Of a DNA stretch of 64,000 nt, positions 54,701-64,000 are shown piece by piece. Positions within the stretch are counted from its first letter, which is position 1, and each line of letters opens with the position of its first letter. Origin of the DNA: Podarcis liolepis (taxonomy: Eukaryota); NCBI GenBank assembly GCA_965112155.1, contig OZ218102.1. The stretch is one strand, 5' to 3'. A program made the translations under genes and the position numbers. Under the pieces are notes generated by a model, which saw nothing but the letters and a program-made list of their open reading frames with translations, searched no databases and was not told the origin of the DNA.

Positions 54701-57700
54701 AGATTCCTTGCCACTTTTAAGCTCCAGAGGCATTATCTTGGACTGAGTTGTAGATCTGCGATGAATTGTTACGCCAGCTGTAACATCAATTTTACCCTTT
54801 AAGCCAAACCTGGGGCACCAAATGTTCTCCTCAACATCCAGGATTTCTGTAACTTTGACAGTGCACCAGGAGTCATCTTTTTCATCCCCTGGCCTATCAG
54901 AAAGAAAACATTAAGTGTATTAACCGGAAAGGTTTACTTCTGAAAACGAAGAGATAGCTTTCCTTAAATATGTACTTGAAGGGACAAAATCCATATTCCT
55001 TTAACAGGTTAGAACATATTACATTCTTAAGCAACTGCTTCCAAACAAATCAAAAGGCAGTGCTTCCTCTTACTATTATTTTGTTCTTACAGATGAGAAA
55101 AATGATTTCATTCTCAAGTAATAGAACAAGTGGGCTGAAATGCTTAGCCGCATTTGAGTTGTCAACAAACAAGGGATTCAAGCAACCAAAGAATATGCAG
55201 CAAAAAATATGAATAATGAAGCCTTGAAAATACAAAGTCTGGTGAATTTGAGTTGAAATGCAATAGTAGCTAATTTGCAATAGCTATAGCAAACAAGCCC
55301 AAGGAGAGAAACTTGAAATACTAAACATAGTCGTAAGAAAGTTTGTGTTTTTAATTATACTTTAACTAACAGAAGCCAAAAGTCAGTGTGGTGTAGTGGT
55401 TAAGAGCGGTAGTCTCGTAATCTGGGCAACCAGGTTCGCGTCTCCGCTCCTCCACATGCAGCTGCTGGGTGACCTTGGGCCAGTTACACTTCTTTCAAGT
55501 CTCTCAGCCTCACTCACCTCACAGAGTGTTTGTTGTAGGGGAAGAAGGGAAAGGAGAATGTTAGCCGCTTTGAGACTCCTTAGGGTAGTGATAAAGCGGG
55601 ATATCAAATCCAAACTCTTCTTCTTCTTCAAAACAGCGTTACCACAGTACATTGCACATTTCAGCCCCTTTTTTTTCCTAAGCAGTGCCCCTGGGCAGGA
55701 TTCATAGAGGGGAGAAATTATCAAAAATCTCTCCACCTTCTGCTGGTGGGGGTCTCCACTGGAAATATCCCATGAACAGAAGGAGCACTTTTGCTTGCAA
55801 AAGGGCAAGTCTGGATCTAACCCACAAATCCCCCTCTCAACATGTTGTTTATAAGTGCCCTAGATTCTGTGCCAGGAAAGGAGGTTAACAACCCAGCTCA
55901 ATTGTTAAAAAAGTTGTACATATTTTATTTATTTATTTCTGGTCCTTTGCAGTCCAGATATTCTGCAATTCTGACACAGCTAACTAAGTTCACCTACAGC
56001 ACTGGCAGAACAACTTTACAACAGTGTACAGATAGGTAGCCGTGTTGGTCTGCCATAGTCAAAATAAAAAAATTCCTTCCAGTAGCACCTTAAAGACCAA
56101 CTAAGTTAGTTCTTGGTATGAGCTTTCGTGTGCATCTGAAGAAGTGTGCATGCACACAAAAGCTCATACCAAGAACTAACTTAGTTGGTCTTTAAGGTGC
56201 TACTGGAAGGAATTTTTTTATTTTTACAACAGTGTGTTAGGGTGAATAGTTCCGTACCATTTTATCTGCATGTTATGCTGGCAAACATGGTTTTCTTTGT
56301 ATATGAACTCTTCTGCCCATTTAATGAAAGAGTGAAAGTACTCTTCTATCTCTTGCATTATATCATTCTCTCTCAGATTTAACTGGTACCTGCGGAAGCA
56401 AAAGGAGGAAAGCATATTAAAAGCTGCATGGCAGATAGCAGAAGAGAAAAAGGGAGGAAACGGAAAAGATCTCTACATTACAGATATCTATTTTTTATTT
56501 GTGGTCCCTCAGAGAAAAATATCCACATGTTTAGGCATTTGTAACGTTCCGAAGTTTTATTTATGTAACTACAGGGAACTATCCTTCCAAAATGTAGCAC
56601 ATACAACTATAAAAATGACAAGTGAATTACTTTGCTTCAAAAAGGTTACCCTATTTACATACTCTGAAACAATTATGGCAGTGCATTTTTGTCCACACAA
56701 GCAATCACATGGACAAAAAGGTAAGAATATCAGCAATTCCCACTATCCCTGTGCAAACTGACCTTTGCTAAGCATTAAAGCTAAGAAAAAGAACAAGTTC
56801 TTAAGAGAAAGGTATATCACTCGCTTCATCTCTTACAGCTAATACTTACAGCTCTTTTAGATACTTTGGTCCATGAATTACTGAGAAGGCAATTTCTTGC
56901 AATTTCTCTTGTGTAAAATTTGTTCCTGCTTTTTGGAAAATTTCATGAAGGATTGTACCTATTAGCATAGGACGCAAACCAGGCTCACATCCCTGGGGGA
57001 AAAATGAAACCACCCCAAAATATTAGCAGAGATGTACGTGCACTACACATTAATTAATCTGTACAATACTGCATTTTTAGTGGCATTGCCCCATCCTTAG
57101 GGCGCAATCCTCTGCACTCTTACTATACCATAAGTCCCATTAAATACAGTAGGACTACTTTTTGAGTAAACACTGTAAGCAACGTATGTTAAGTTTAAAA
57201 AACAAATATCAAAGAAAGAAGAAAGGACCAGCAGGACAATTTCATAATTAAACTAACTATCAAGTTAGGAGGTTAATAAGGAGCCATGTTTCCCTCTTGA
57301 ATATAAGCTATCAATGTAAGTCCACCAATCATTATTTATTTTTCTTTTATTACATTTATACCCCACCTTTCTCGCATCATGAAAATAAAGGCCCACTTTT
57401 ATTCCATCATGGTACCAATATGTAGTTCCCACACAGTCACTCAGCCAAACACTGAGCAGAGCCAGACCTGTTTAGCTTCAACAAGGTGGCGGCCTTATGT
57501 GTCTTCAGATCATACGCTGGGAATTTGAGGTTTATTTTCCACCCAATCACTTAAGTTTGGGATGATATGCAAAGTTGACCATATAAAACATGCATTTTAA
57601 CACATATATAACCATATGTTCATCGCTAGACAAATCCACATTAAAATTATTGTTTCTCCAACTCCAGAAAATACTGACTCTGTTCATCTATTTGCTATTT

Positions 57701-60700
57701 TTGTCTTCATCAATTACCCCAAAGGCACCCTGGAGACTACTGGATTATCACTATAGTAAATAGGGAACAGAGTATAGTGAACCAGAGCATTCTGAAGCTC
57801 TTTACTGGTATAATTTTATTTATAACTTCTTATGTATGAAGTACTTATAATACTAGGTGCTTTATTTAAAACAACAGTTGACAATGCCCTTAATACAGAT
57901 GTTATCAATGCCCATGAAACAAACCATTTTAATATACAATGTTTTCCCCAACTTACTTTGAACTTTTCACTCAGTATAGCTTTCCTCATACACCGAATGC
58001 TATTCGATACAGTAGTGCCAGAGACTAATACATCTGGATACAGAATCAAATATCCTCCATCTGCATCTATTATCCAAACACCCGCGTTGCATTCTCCTTC
58101 TAGATGAATTATATCTCCAGGCTGCACTGGAACAGAAATCCTGAAAAATATGTGACATATTACAATGTTGATACGCACACATTTTTAAATTATCTGTGAT
58201 TTTTGCACTGACCTATAGACCAAGGAAAGGAAAGTGATCATGTATTCAAGAAAAACTATAACGATTTTTCAGGGACTTATTGTAACCCACACTCTCGCGA
58301 TTACAAAGGCCTTCTACAGAAAGGCAGTGAAAATGGGCACAGACAGGTAGAGAAGCAGAGAAGATAATCTCTGAACAATTCAGTAGTGGTCCTTTTAGGG
58401 ATCAATTCTATGGTGACTGGGGTTGGGGAAGGAAATTCCATAGGGAAGCAACTACCATGATGGAAGCATTGCTAGTTAGCCAGTCACACGAGCTGAAGCA
58501 ACCAGTTCTGGTGGCTTTTTGTCTATTTTTTCCCTTTGGTACTTCGTTTTAAAATGTCTCTCGCATTCACTCCAACAGGAGGGAGCTATGTACCCTTAAG
58601 GGCAGGGGCATGTCAGGGGAAAGAGGGTGTAGGATGCTGTGTGTGTACAACTCCCCAATATACACTTGTCTTTCCCCCACCACCCATTCCTACAAAGCTT
58701 TCTGTGGGTATAGAAGGAGCCCTCCTGGGAAGTGAATGGCATCCCACCAGTGGGCCTCCCTCTCTGAAAGTGGAACAGCACTGCTTATACTGCTTCCAAC
58801 AACCCCTTGGCTGGTCTTAGAATTGTTCCGACAGAACTACTGGCAATTAATTAAATGCAATTAACAAAACAACATTAGATAGCTCTTTGGATAAAAGATT
58901 TCAGTCTATGTGTACTTAACTGACCACTGCTAATGCTAGGATAATTTTTTACAGTGATGTACTGGAGTAAAACAGGCACATAATGTGCTGTTCTATACTT
59001 CCTTTAAGGTCAAAGGGCAGGCAGCTCTGCCTTTAGATCAGAGATCCCTTATCTTCGAAATTAAAACTGGATATAACAAGTATCAATGCCTGATATCATA
59101 TTAAGTCAGGGGGGAATGGTCTGCCCCAAATGGCCTCACAGGCCAAATTCAAAGGGTTAGTAGGCCCAATTATTATTCCTGTTAGAATTAATTTATTAAT
59201 CGCCTTCAAAACTACTAAGGTGATTTACACATACAGTAAAATGATTAACAACAGTAAAAAACACAAAAGCAACAAATACATTTAAAATGAAACTAAACCT
59301 TAACAAACAGACATTTTTGATAAAAGACCCATTTATCTAGCTGGGAAAGCCTGAAAGAACAAAAATGTCTTCAATTGTTTCCCGAAAATGAAGATGGTGG
59401 GAGCTGGGAGCCTGTTGTACCTCAATAGGAATGGTATTCCACAGAACAGGAGAAGCCACACTAAAAGTTCTGCTCCAAGTTACTGTGGAACTTGCAGGAG
59501 ACTGGACTGGAGGTCCCCACTACTATAAAAAAATGTTGACACCTTAAGGCTTAATGTACTAAAAAAGCATGGAGGGGGACAGTCAAAGGCTTCCTTCCCT
59601 TTACTGACATTAATAGGAGAAACTAAGAAGTAGAAATATTTTGATCCCTTGTCCTATAGAACTAATTTTTCAACTTTTTAACCACAATTAGAAACTGTAC
59701 AATAACAACCATAAAGAACATTTTGCCCATTATCCAGTATCAATAGTCACACAGAAGTTACCAGTCATGTCTTAGGATGCAAAGTTCTGTATCCAAATCA
59801 TCAAGCTGAGAAGAAGCTGTAATTGTCAGGTGTTTCTCCAGAGCACCATCTTCCTGGACATGTAACACACAGTATCTGTTGTTCAGGCCCTTGCTGAGTA
59901 CTGTATCCGAAAAGCCAACAATTTTCTTTGGGAATCTAAAATTACAGTTGCATGATAATACATACAGGTACAGGGCAGTAGTCAGGCACACACTCGTAAT
60001 AACAGAATGGCTTAGATACCACTGAGGGCTAAGATCTGTGAATCTCACTTAAGACATGGAAGCGGAAGCACCAAGCAGAAAGAAACAGCAGCACTACGTT
60101 TGTCCACTTCTAGACAAGAGACAATTGTTCTCCAAGTACTTAGCCATTTAATATTTCTATTATTTGGACAAATTGCTTTCAAATGCTAACACCTTTGAAA
60201 GTAATTTGGCCAAACAAGACAATGGAACATAAAGAGGGGAAACCATTCCAAAACCCAGGTTTGCCTTTGTACACACAGAGGGAAGAGAGGGCACTTGCAC
60301 GAGAGAACTTGGGGGCTAAGAGGGGACCTTAACCCCTACTTCCAGCTTTTCCTCTGTAAGGATCCCTCCTCCTGCTGCTTTTTCACTAGGTCCCGAAACT
60401 GAAAATATACCAGGACGGGAGGAAAACAACTTCAGAGGATCCTTTGCAGAATTGGCAGACAAAGGATGGCTTAATCACCCCTTGTTATTAGAGATTATAC
60501 ACACACACATATATACAGTACACACACATACATACATACATACATATGTGTGCGTGTGTGTGTGTGCCCGCGCGCGCACATATGTACTCTCTCTCTCTCT
60601 CTCTTTTTTCTCAAAAGCCATTGTTGCATAATTGCCACACCATGATCATTGGATTACAACCCCCATCATTTCTGACCATCGACCGTGCTAGCTGGGACGG

Positions 60701-60994
60701 ATCAGAGTTGAGCCACGTGTGGGACTCTAATCACAGGCTCCCCAATCGCCACCCAACCTCCAGGTGCCTAAAGGGCAGGAGAAGTGGGGAGGGGGGCCCA
60801 CAACCAGGAGAGAGCGGGATCCTTGGGGAGAAGCGTCCCGCCAGCGCTTCGAAAGGCGCGCGCTTTTGCAGCTCAGTCCCCGCCAAGAAGCACCTCGGCG
60901 GCGGAGGCGGGTCCTCGAAGAAACTCCTCTCCATCAGCTCTTCCAGAGTCACTTCAGCCGCCTCTTCCTTCTTCTCCTGCCTCCTCGCCGCCAT
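42738..60994 (-). CDS. DNA2: DNA replication ATP-dependent helicase/nuclease DNA2, 1058 aa
   Basis: complement join(60994-60894,59935-59762,58140-57957,56992-56850,56389-56258,54893-54677,53389-53272,52171-52006,51466-51275,51079-50846,50522-50406,50310-50201,48889-48780,47981-47757,46550-46357,45899-45810,45723-45531,44937-44848,44321-44139,43391-43245,42794-42738) = 3177 nt, open frame. Nuclease motifs ILHEIFQ, GKIDVT, ELKSG; Fe-S cysteines RCMRK and [10 protein letters not shown]; Walker A GMPGTGKT; DEAS; GDHQQLPP; [11 protein letters not shown]. Confidence 0.96.
42795..43244 (-). other. DNA2: U12-type (minor spliceosome) AT-AC intron, DNA2 intron 20
   Basis: 5' splice site |ATATCCTTT (43244-43236); branch box TTCCTTAAC (42812-42804); terminal AC (42796-42795); reading frame preserved. 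Confidence 0.93.
42895..43218 (+). mobile_element. Old L2-clade LINE 3' fragment inside the U12 intron
   Basis: Remnant peptide [10 protein letters not shown]...[10 protein letters not shown], followed by a TGTAAGCC...TTTGAG segment and an (AAAT)n-like tail. Confidence 0.55.
43245..43391 (-). CDS. DNA2: DNA2 exon 20
   Basis: [49 protein letters not shown]. Confidence 0.95.
44139..44321 (-). CDS. DNA2: DNA2 exon 19
   Basis: [18 protein letters not shown]...[27 protein letters not shown]; AAT|GTGAGT. Confidence 0.95.
44848..44937 (-). CDS. DNA2: DNA2 exon 18
   Basis: [30 protein letters not shown]; AAG|GTATCT. Confidence 0.93.
45531..45723 (-). CDS. DNA2: DNA2 exon 17
   Basis: [19 protein letters not shown]...[10 protein letters not shown]; AAG|GTAAAT. 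Confidence 0.95.
45810..45899 (-). CDS. DNA2: DNA2 exon 16
   Basis: [29 protein letters not shown]; CAG|GTCGGT. Confidence 0.93.
45955..46306 (-). mobile_element. Full-length Sauria SINE in DNA2 intron 15
   Basis: tRNA-like head GGGACGCGGGTGGCCCTGTGGGTTAAACC..., typical body, ACCTTT-type tail; 11-bp TSD TGTTGATCATA (45944-45954 / 46309-46319). Confidence 0.92.
46357..46550 (-). CDS. DNA2: DNA2 exon 15
   Basis: [39 protein letters not shown]...[15 protein letters not shown]; AAG|GTAAGA. Confidence 0.95.
46621..46686 (+). repeat. CR1-type 3' tail fragment (SINE or LINE end)
   Basis: AAGATTCCTGTATTGTAGAGGGGTGGACTAGACGATCCTTGTGGTCCCTTCCAAC...ATTCT. Confidence 0.7.
47757..47981 (-). CDS. DNA2: DNA2 exon 14
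   Basis: [28 protein letters not shown]...EELYRSQ; CAA|GTAAGG. Confidence 0.95.
48780..48889 (-). CDS. DNA2: DNA2 exon 13 (Walker A)
   Basis: [36 protein letters not shown]; CTG|GTAAGA. Confidence 0.95.
50201..50310 (-). CDS. DNA2: DNA2 exon 12
   Basis: [36 protein letters not shown]; AAG|GTACAG. Confidence 0.93.
50406..50522 (-). CDS. DNA2: DNA2 exon 11
   Basis: [38 protein letters not shown]; AAG|GTCTGT. Confidence 0.93.
50846..51079 (-). CDS. DNA2: DNA2 exon 10
   Basis: [12 protein letters not shown]...GDRVVVSGE...ISCLLD; TAG|GTAACA. Confidence 0.95.
51275..51466 (-). CDS. DNA2: DNA2 exon 9
   Basis: AVEQQQ...[16 protein letters not shown]...IWMIPAAE; AAG|GTATTG. Confidence 0.95.
52006..52171 (-). 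CDS. DNA2: DNA2 exon 8 (three Fe-S cysteines)
   Basis: [10 protein letters not shown]...[14 protein letters not shown]; CAG|GTAAAT. Confidence 0.95.
53272..53389 (-). CDS. DNA2: DNA2 exon 7
   Basis: [39 protein letters not shown]; GAG|GTAATT. Confidence 0.95.
54677..54893 (-). CDS. DNA2: DNA2 exon 6 (nuclease active site)
   Basis: [20 protein letters not shown]...[18 protein letters not shown]; CAG|GTACAA. Confidence 0.95.
55378..55629 (+). mobile_element. Squam3-type tRNA-derived SINE
   Basis: Head CAGTGTGGTGTAGTGGTTAAGAGC with B-box-like GGTTCGCGTCTCC; core GGGTGACCTTGGGCCAG; L2-like end CCGCTTTGAGACTCC; (CTT)n tail. Confidence 0.85.
56028..56224. mobile_element. Penelope-like-element-derived fold-back insertion (copy 2)
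   Basis: Near-identical to 35924-36136 in the opposite orientation; 75-bp arms (56061-56135 / 56150-56224, one mismatch); TSD TTTACAACAGTGT (56015-56027 / 56223-56235). Confidence 0.88.
56258..56389 (-). CDS. DNA2: DNA2 exon 5
   Basis: [43 protein letters not shown]; ATG|GTACGG. Confidence 0.93.
56850..56992 (-). CDS. DNA2: DNA2 exon 4
   Basis: [22 protein letters not shown]...HGPKYLKE; GCT|GTAAGT. Confidence 0.93.
57330..57521 (-). mobile_element. Degenerate 5S rRNA-derived SINE (SINE3-like)
   Basis: Minus strand 57479-57422 GAAGCTAAACAGGTCTGGCTCTGCTCAGTGTTTGGCTGAGTGACTGTGTGGGAACTAC aligns by eye to the 5S internal control region; L2-like GGGGTATAAAT/A-rich tail. Confidence 0.55.
57957..58140 (-). 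CDS. DNA2: DNA2 exon 3
   Basis: [15 protein letters not shown]...[32 protein letters not shown]; AAA|GTAAGT. Confidence 0.95.
59762..59935 (-). CDS. DNA2: DNA2 exon 2
   Basis: [24 protein letters not shown]...ELCILRHD; CTG|GTAACT. Confidence 0.93.
60497..60604. repeat. Compound microsatellite (CA)n-(TACA)n-(TG)n-(CG)n-(CT)n
   Basis: Read directly from the sequence; lies in DNA2 intron 1. Confidence 0.9.
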
Positions 60995-61250
60995 CTCCAA
61001 GGCGCCAAAAGCATAAGTGGGAAGGGGGAAAGAAAAAAGGGGAAAAAACAGAAGCCGGGACGGGAGCTAATAAGCCCCCTCCCCCGCCCAGCCCGCGAGG
61101 GCGCAGGCGTAACAAGCGCGCTCCCCTATGAGGCGCCGGGGGTGGAGTTTGGGGCTTTTCCTGTTTGCGCGCGAGCGGCGGGTCTCTCTTCCTTTCCGCT
61201 TTCCGTGCTGCAAGAACGGTTTAAAGTCGTTTCTTCCTCGTGCTTATTGA
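60750..61250. promoter_or_regulatory. DNA2: DNA2 CpG-island promoter with E2F site
   Basis: CpG-rich; minus-strand TTTTGGCGCC at 61010-61001 immediately upstream of the ATG; GC boxes near 61080. Confidence 0.8.
60894..60994 (-). CDS. DNA2: DNA2 exon 1 coding part
   Basis: GAG ATG G Kozak; [33 protein letters not shown] (LMERSF resembles mammalian LMEKSF); phase-2 donor GAG|GTGCTT matches exon 2. Confidence 0.8.
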
Positions 61251-61445
61251 GAGCGTCTTGGAATACGAGCGGGGTGGGTGGGAAGGAATTGCTTTCTTCA
61301 AAACAAAGAGCAATGGTCGTTTGCTTGCTCCCCATTTCGTCTGCAGTGAAATCCTGCCACGCTTTTCTTTCGTGCTGGCTCATACACAGCCCTTCATCTT
61401 CCTTGGAAGTTTTTTAAGCCGTCTGTCATGGTTGCTTTTGTTGGG

Positions 61446-61506
61446 ATTCCTGCTTTGCAGAGGGTTGGACTGGTTGACCCTTGGGGTCCCTTCCAAGTCT
61501 ACAGTT
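61446..61506 (+). repeat. CR1-type 3' tail fragment
   Basis: GATTCCTGCTTTGCAGAGGGTTGGACTGGTTGACCCTTGGGGTCCCTTCCAAGTCTACAG. Confidence 0.7.
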
Positions 61507-62596
61507 TTGCAAGGAAGGGTAACAACAGGAAGATTTAAAGAAGGAACTATTGGAATCTCAAGGCAGTAGAAACGTAAGATGATTGGAACCCCACTGAACT
61601 TGAAGCATGGGAAGCCCCGACAAAAATTTATAATTTGGCAGAATATTTGGACTATATGAGATGTATCTGTATAATTTGGAATATGAAATGTGATCTGATT
61701 GGATTGTTAAAATGGAAAACTTAACAAAAATTATTATTAAAAAAATGTCTAGAGTTTTGCGATTTATGCCTGCACTGTAATTCACCATGGATTGAGAGGC
61801 ACACCTACTGGCCTGATGTTGATTAGGCTACTTTTATATAAAATTGCCACCAGAAATATTTAGGGAAGGGGTGGTGAAAAAGACCCCTCTTGTCTCCACG
61901 TAGGGCTGGGAAAGATTTCTGCTTGAAGCCTTGGAGTGCTGCTGCCAGGCAGGGCTGACAATAGTGAGCTAGGAGGGTCAAAAGTATGACTTGGCCTTAG
62001 GCAGCGGATGCCATTTTTATTCCAGAATGAGGGACATATCAGACAAAGGTGGGGAACCTCAGGTCCGAGGGCTAAATGCAGCCTCAGGCTTCTCTGACCC
62101 CTGCTCTCCCCAGGCCACATACCTCATCAGCCCTGCTTCATACCCTCCCTGAATGTTTTTAGCTTGCTTGAATGGGTCCTTCAGACGCCTCCAATGTCTG
62201 AAGGATGGAGAGGGATGGGTGCAGAAACTGTCCTACTACAGAACAATAAAATGTTCATTCTCTGTTTTTCCTCTGGCTCTGTCCACAACTGGCATGTGGC
62301 CCCCTCAGTAGGTTGCCCAGGTGCCAATGGGCTGCAGAATGGCTGAGCTCACTTTAAAAATCCCCATTGTGCATGGACACAGATGGCAAAGCAAAAGTAC
62401 TGATTTATGTTTAGCCTGATGGGTGCACCGCACTGTCATGGCAGATGCAATCTGAATCGCCCCAGTGCCTACAGATTTCGAAAAAAAAATCCCCAATTCA
62501 ATGGAAACTTTTTTGCAATAGAAATTTGCAGGACATATATACTGCACAGGTGTGGGATACACATGCCACCAATGTTGTTAGTAGGATTTTTTCCCC

Positions 62597-62740
62597 AGTC
62601 ATACAACTGTAGAGTTGGAAGGGACCACAAGGGCCGTCTAGTCCCACCGCCTCCAAATGCAGGAATCTTTGACCCAATGTGGGGCTCAAACCCATGACCC
62701 TGAGATTAAGAGTCTCATGCTCTAACAGCTAGGCTATCCC
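62597..62740 (-). mobile_element. SINE with tRNA-Lys(CTT)-derived head and CR1 3' tail
   Basis: Minus strand: TAGAGCATGAGACTCTTAATCTCAGGGTCATGGGTTTGAGCCCCACATTGGG, then AAGATTCCTGCATT...GGACTAGACGGCCCTTGTGGTCCCTTCCAACTCTAC. Confidence 0.85.
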
Positions 62741-64000
62741 TGCATTGAACAGCAGGGTGTTTTGTGTGCAATGGCTTATGATATTCTGCATAATAGAGGG
62801 GGCGGGGTTCTTATCTCCTCCTTGCAGCCATTTGGAACACATTTGAGCCCAGCGTGGAGGCCAGGCTCATTCTTATAATGCTAAAACCAAGGTTTAGCAT
62901 GTCTGAATACAGTCTGTCCACTATTAAATTAGGAAAAAGGAATATGAAAAGGCCAGAAACTTTTAAACATTTCTTATTTGCAGTAAAAATGCTAAGTATC
63001 TTTCAAAAACACAATTGTCACATGAAATCCATTACATTTCATTGTTATAAAAGCAGTCTTTTAAAAAGGTGTTTGATTATAAATTTAGTGAATACAGGAT
63101 CTACGCACTATTCTCCAATAGGAACTTTACTAAGCCGCTGGAAAGGGGCCAAACATTCAAGAGAAAAGCAGATTACAATAATCAAAGAAAGCTCCACAGT
63201 CAGCCCAAGGAAAGCAAGCAATATTGTCAACTACGTTATTGCCATTCTGAGCAGTTACTTAGAAATAAGTTCTGGTGGGTAATTTGTGGCACATGAACTT
63301 TGATGCAAATGGGTATTTTTGTATAAAAGCCTCGATTGTCTTCTTAATGATCATACTTTTTAAAATTTTTAAGATGTTTAGAAGATACACCTTTGTAAGT
63401 TTTCATTTTAAAAAATTGCAAATAAGGCCAGAGATTAACTGCAGTCACTTTAATATTGTTTCATCAAACATTTTAAATCTGCATAAAACAGAAAAAAATA
63501 TAAAATTCCAAACACATGCTTTTATATTGGCTGGTATACTTAGTTATATTGCTATTCAAGACATTTCAGTTTAAAATAAAATATACATCTCTTGGACAAT
63601 AATAATATCAAATGTCAAAAGACACATATTTCAATAAAATAAAAAATGCCAAACCACAGAACTTGTTATGTCCCAGCTATGGACTATTACTAAAAGCGAT
63701 TTTTACAGCTGCTGCTAGATTTGGTAACATAGCTCTTACCAGTTTCATACTCCATATACAATATTTACAAAAAATAAATTATATTGCTTTACATAAAACA
63801 TTTTGAGAAGTGTTGCAAAAGCTTTAGCATTTAAGTTTGGCAAAATCAGACTCTCTTAATCAAATAAACCCATTTTTAAAAAATAACCAAGACATACACA
63901 TTGTTCCTAGCAATAGGAAGGTGAAATTGGAAGGCTGCTATTGAAAGGGAAGACACTTATCCAAGCTTCCTAAAACTGACCTATCCATAAAACCAATAGG

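Noticed and set aside
60731-61417. Extended DNA2 exon 1 (to GAG|GTTGGG near 60758) and the 217-aa plus-strand ORF
   Set aside because: That donor is phase 0 and incompatible with the phase-2 start of exon 2; the plus-strand ORF is GC-driven.
62668-62740. Possible tRNA-Lys(CTT) gene on the minus strand
   Set aside because: Degenerate D arm, T loop and acceptor stem, and followed by a CR1 tail, so it is a SINE.
62850-64000. Possible 3' UTR of SLC25A16 (expected next gene on the minus strand by synteny)
   Set aside because: The AT-rich composition fits, but no coding exon or unambiguous poly(A) site is visible, so it is not called.

Overview
Vertebrate genomic DNA, almost certainly a squamate and probably a lacertid lizard (it carries a Sauria SINE, a Squam3-type SINE, tRNA/CR1-tail SINEs and a CR1 LINE). 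Three spliced genes were reconstructed by hand in the conserved amniote order. HNRNPH3 (+) has its CDS at 8714-14302, and its coding exon 3 is missing and must lie in the 220-N gap at 9291-9510. RUFY2 (-) has its CDS at 39682-19220 (18 exons, 606 aa) plus an alternative terminal exon at 27281-27173. DNA2 (-) has its CDS at 60994-42738 (21 exons, 1058 aa). CpG-island promoters lie at about 250-1250, 38600-39900 and 60750-61250. Most supplied six-frame ORFs are spurious. Main points of interest: (1) two near-identical, TSD-flanked, Penelope-derived fold-back elements carrying a minimal hammerhead-ribozyme motif in introns of RUFY2 and DNA2; (2) a U12-type AT-AC final intron in DNA2 whose splicing decides whether the protein ends in a CaaX-like CNLL; (3) a FYVE-less short RUFY2 isoform resembling short RUFY3; (4) SINEs with different tRNA heads sharing the 3' tail of a young CR1 that is also present in the window; (5) G-run, NMD and alternative-donor architecture in HNRNPH3; (6) a solo LTR and a decayed DIRS-like element in HNRNPH3 intron 1. 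Homology statements rest on recalled protein and repeat sequences; no searches were run.
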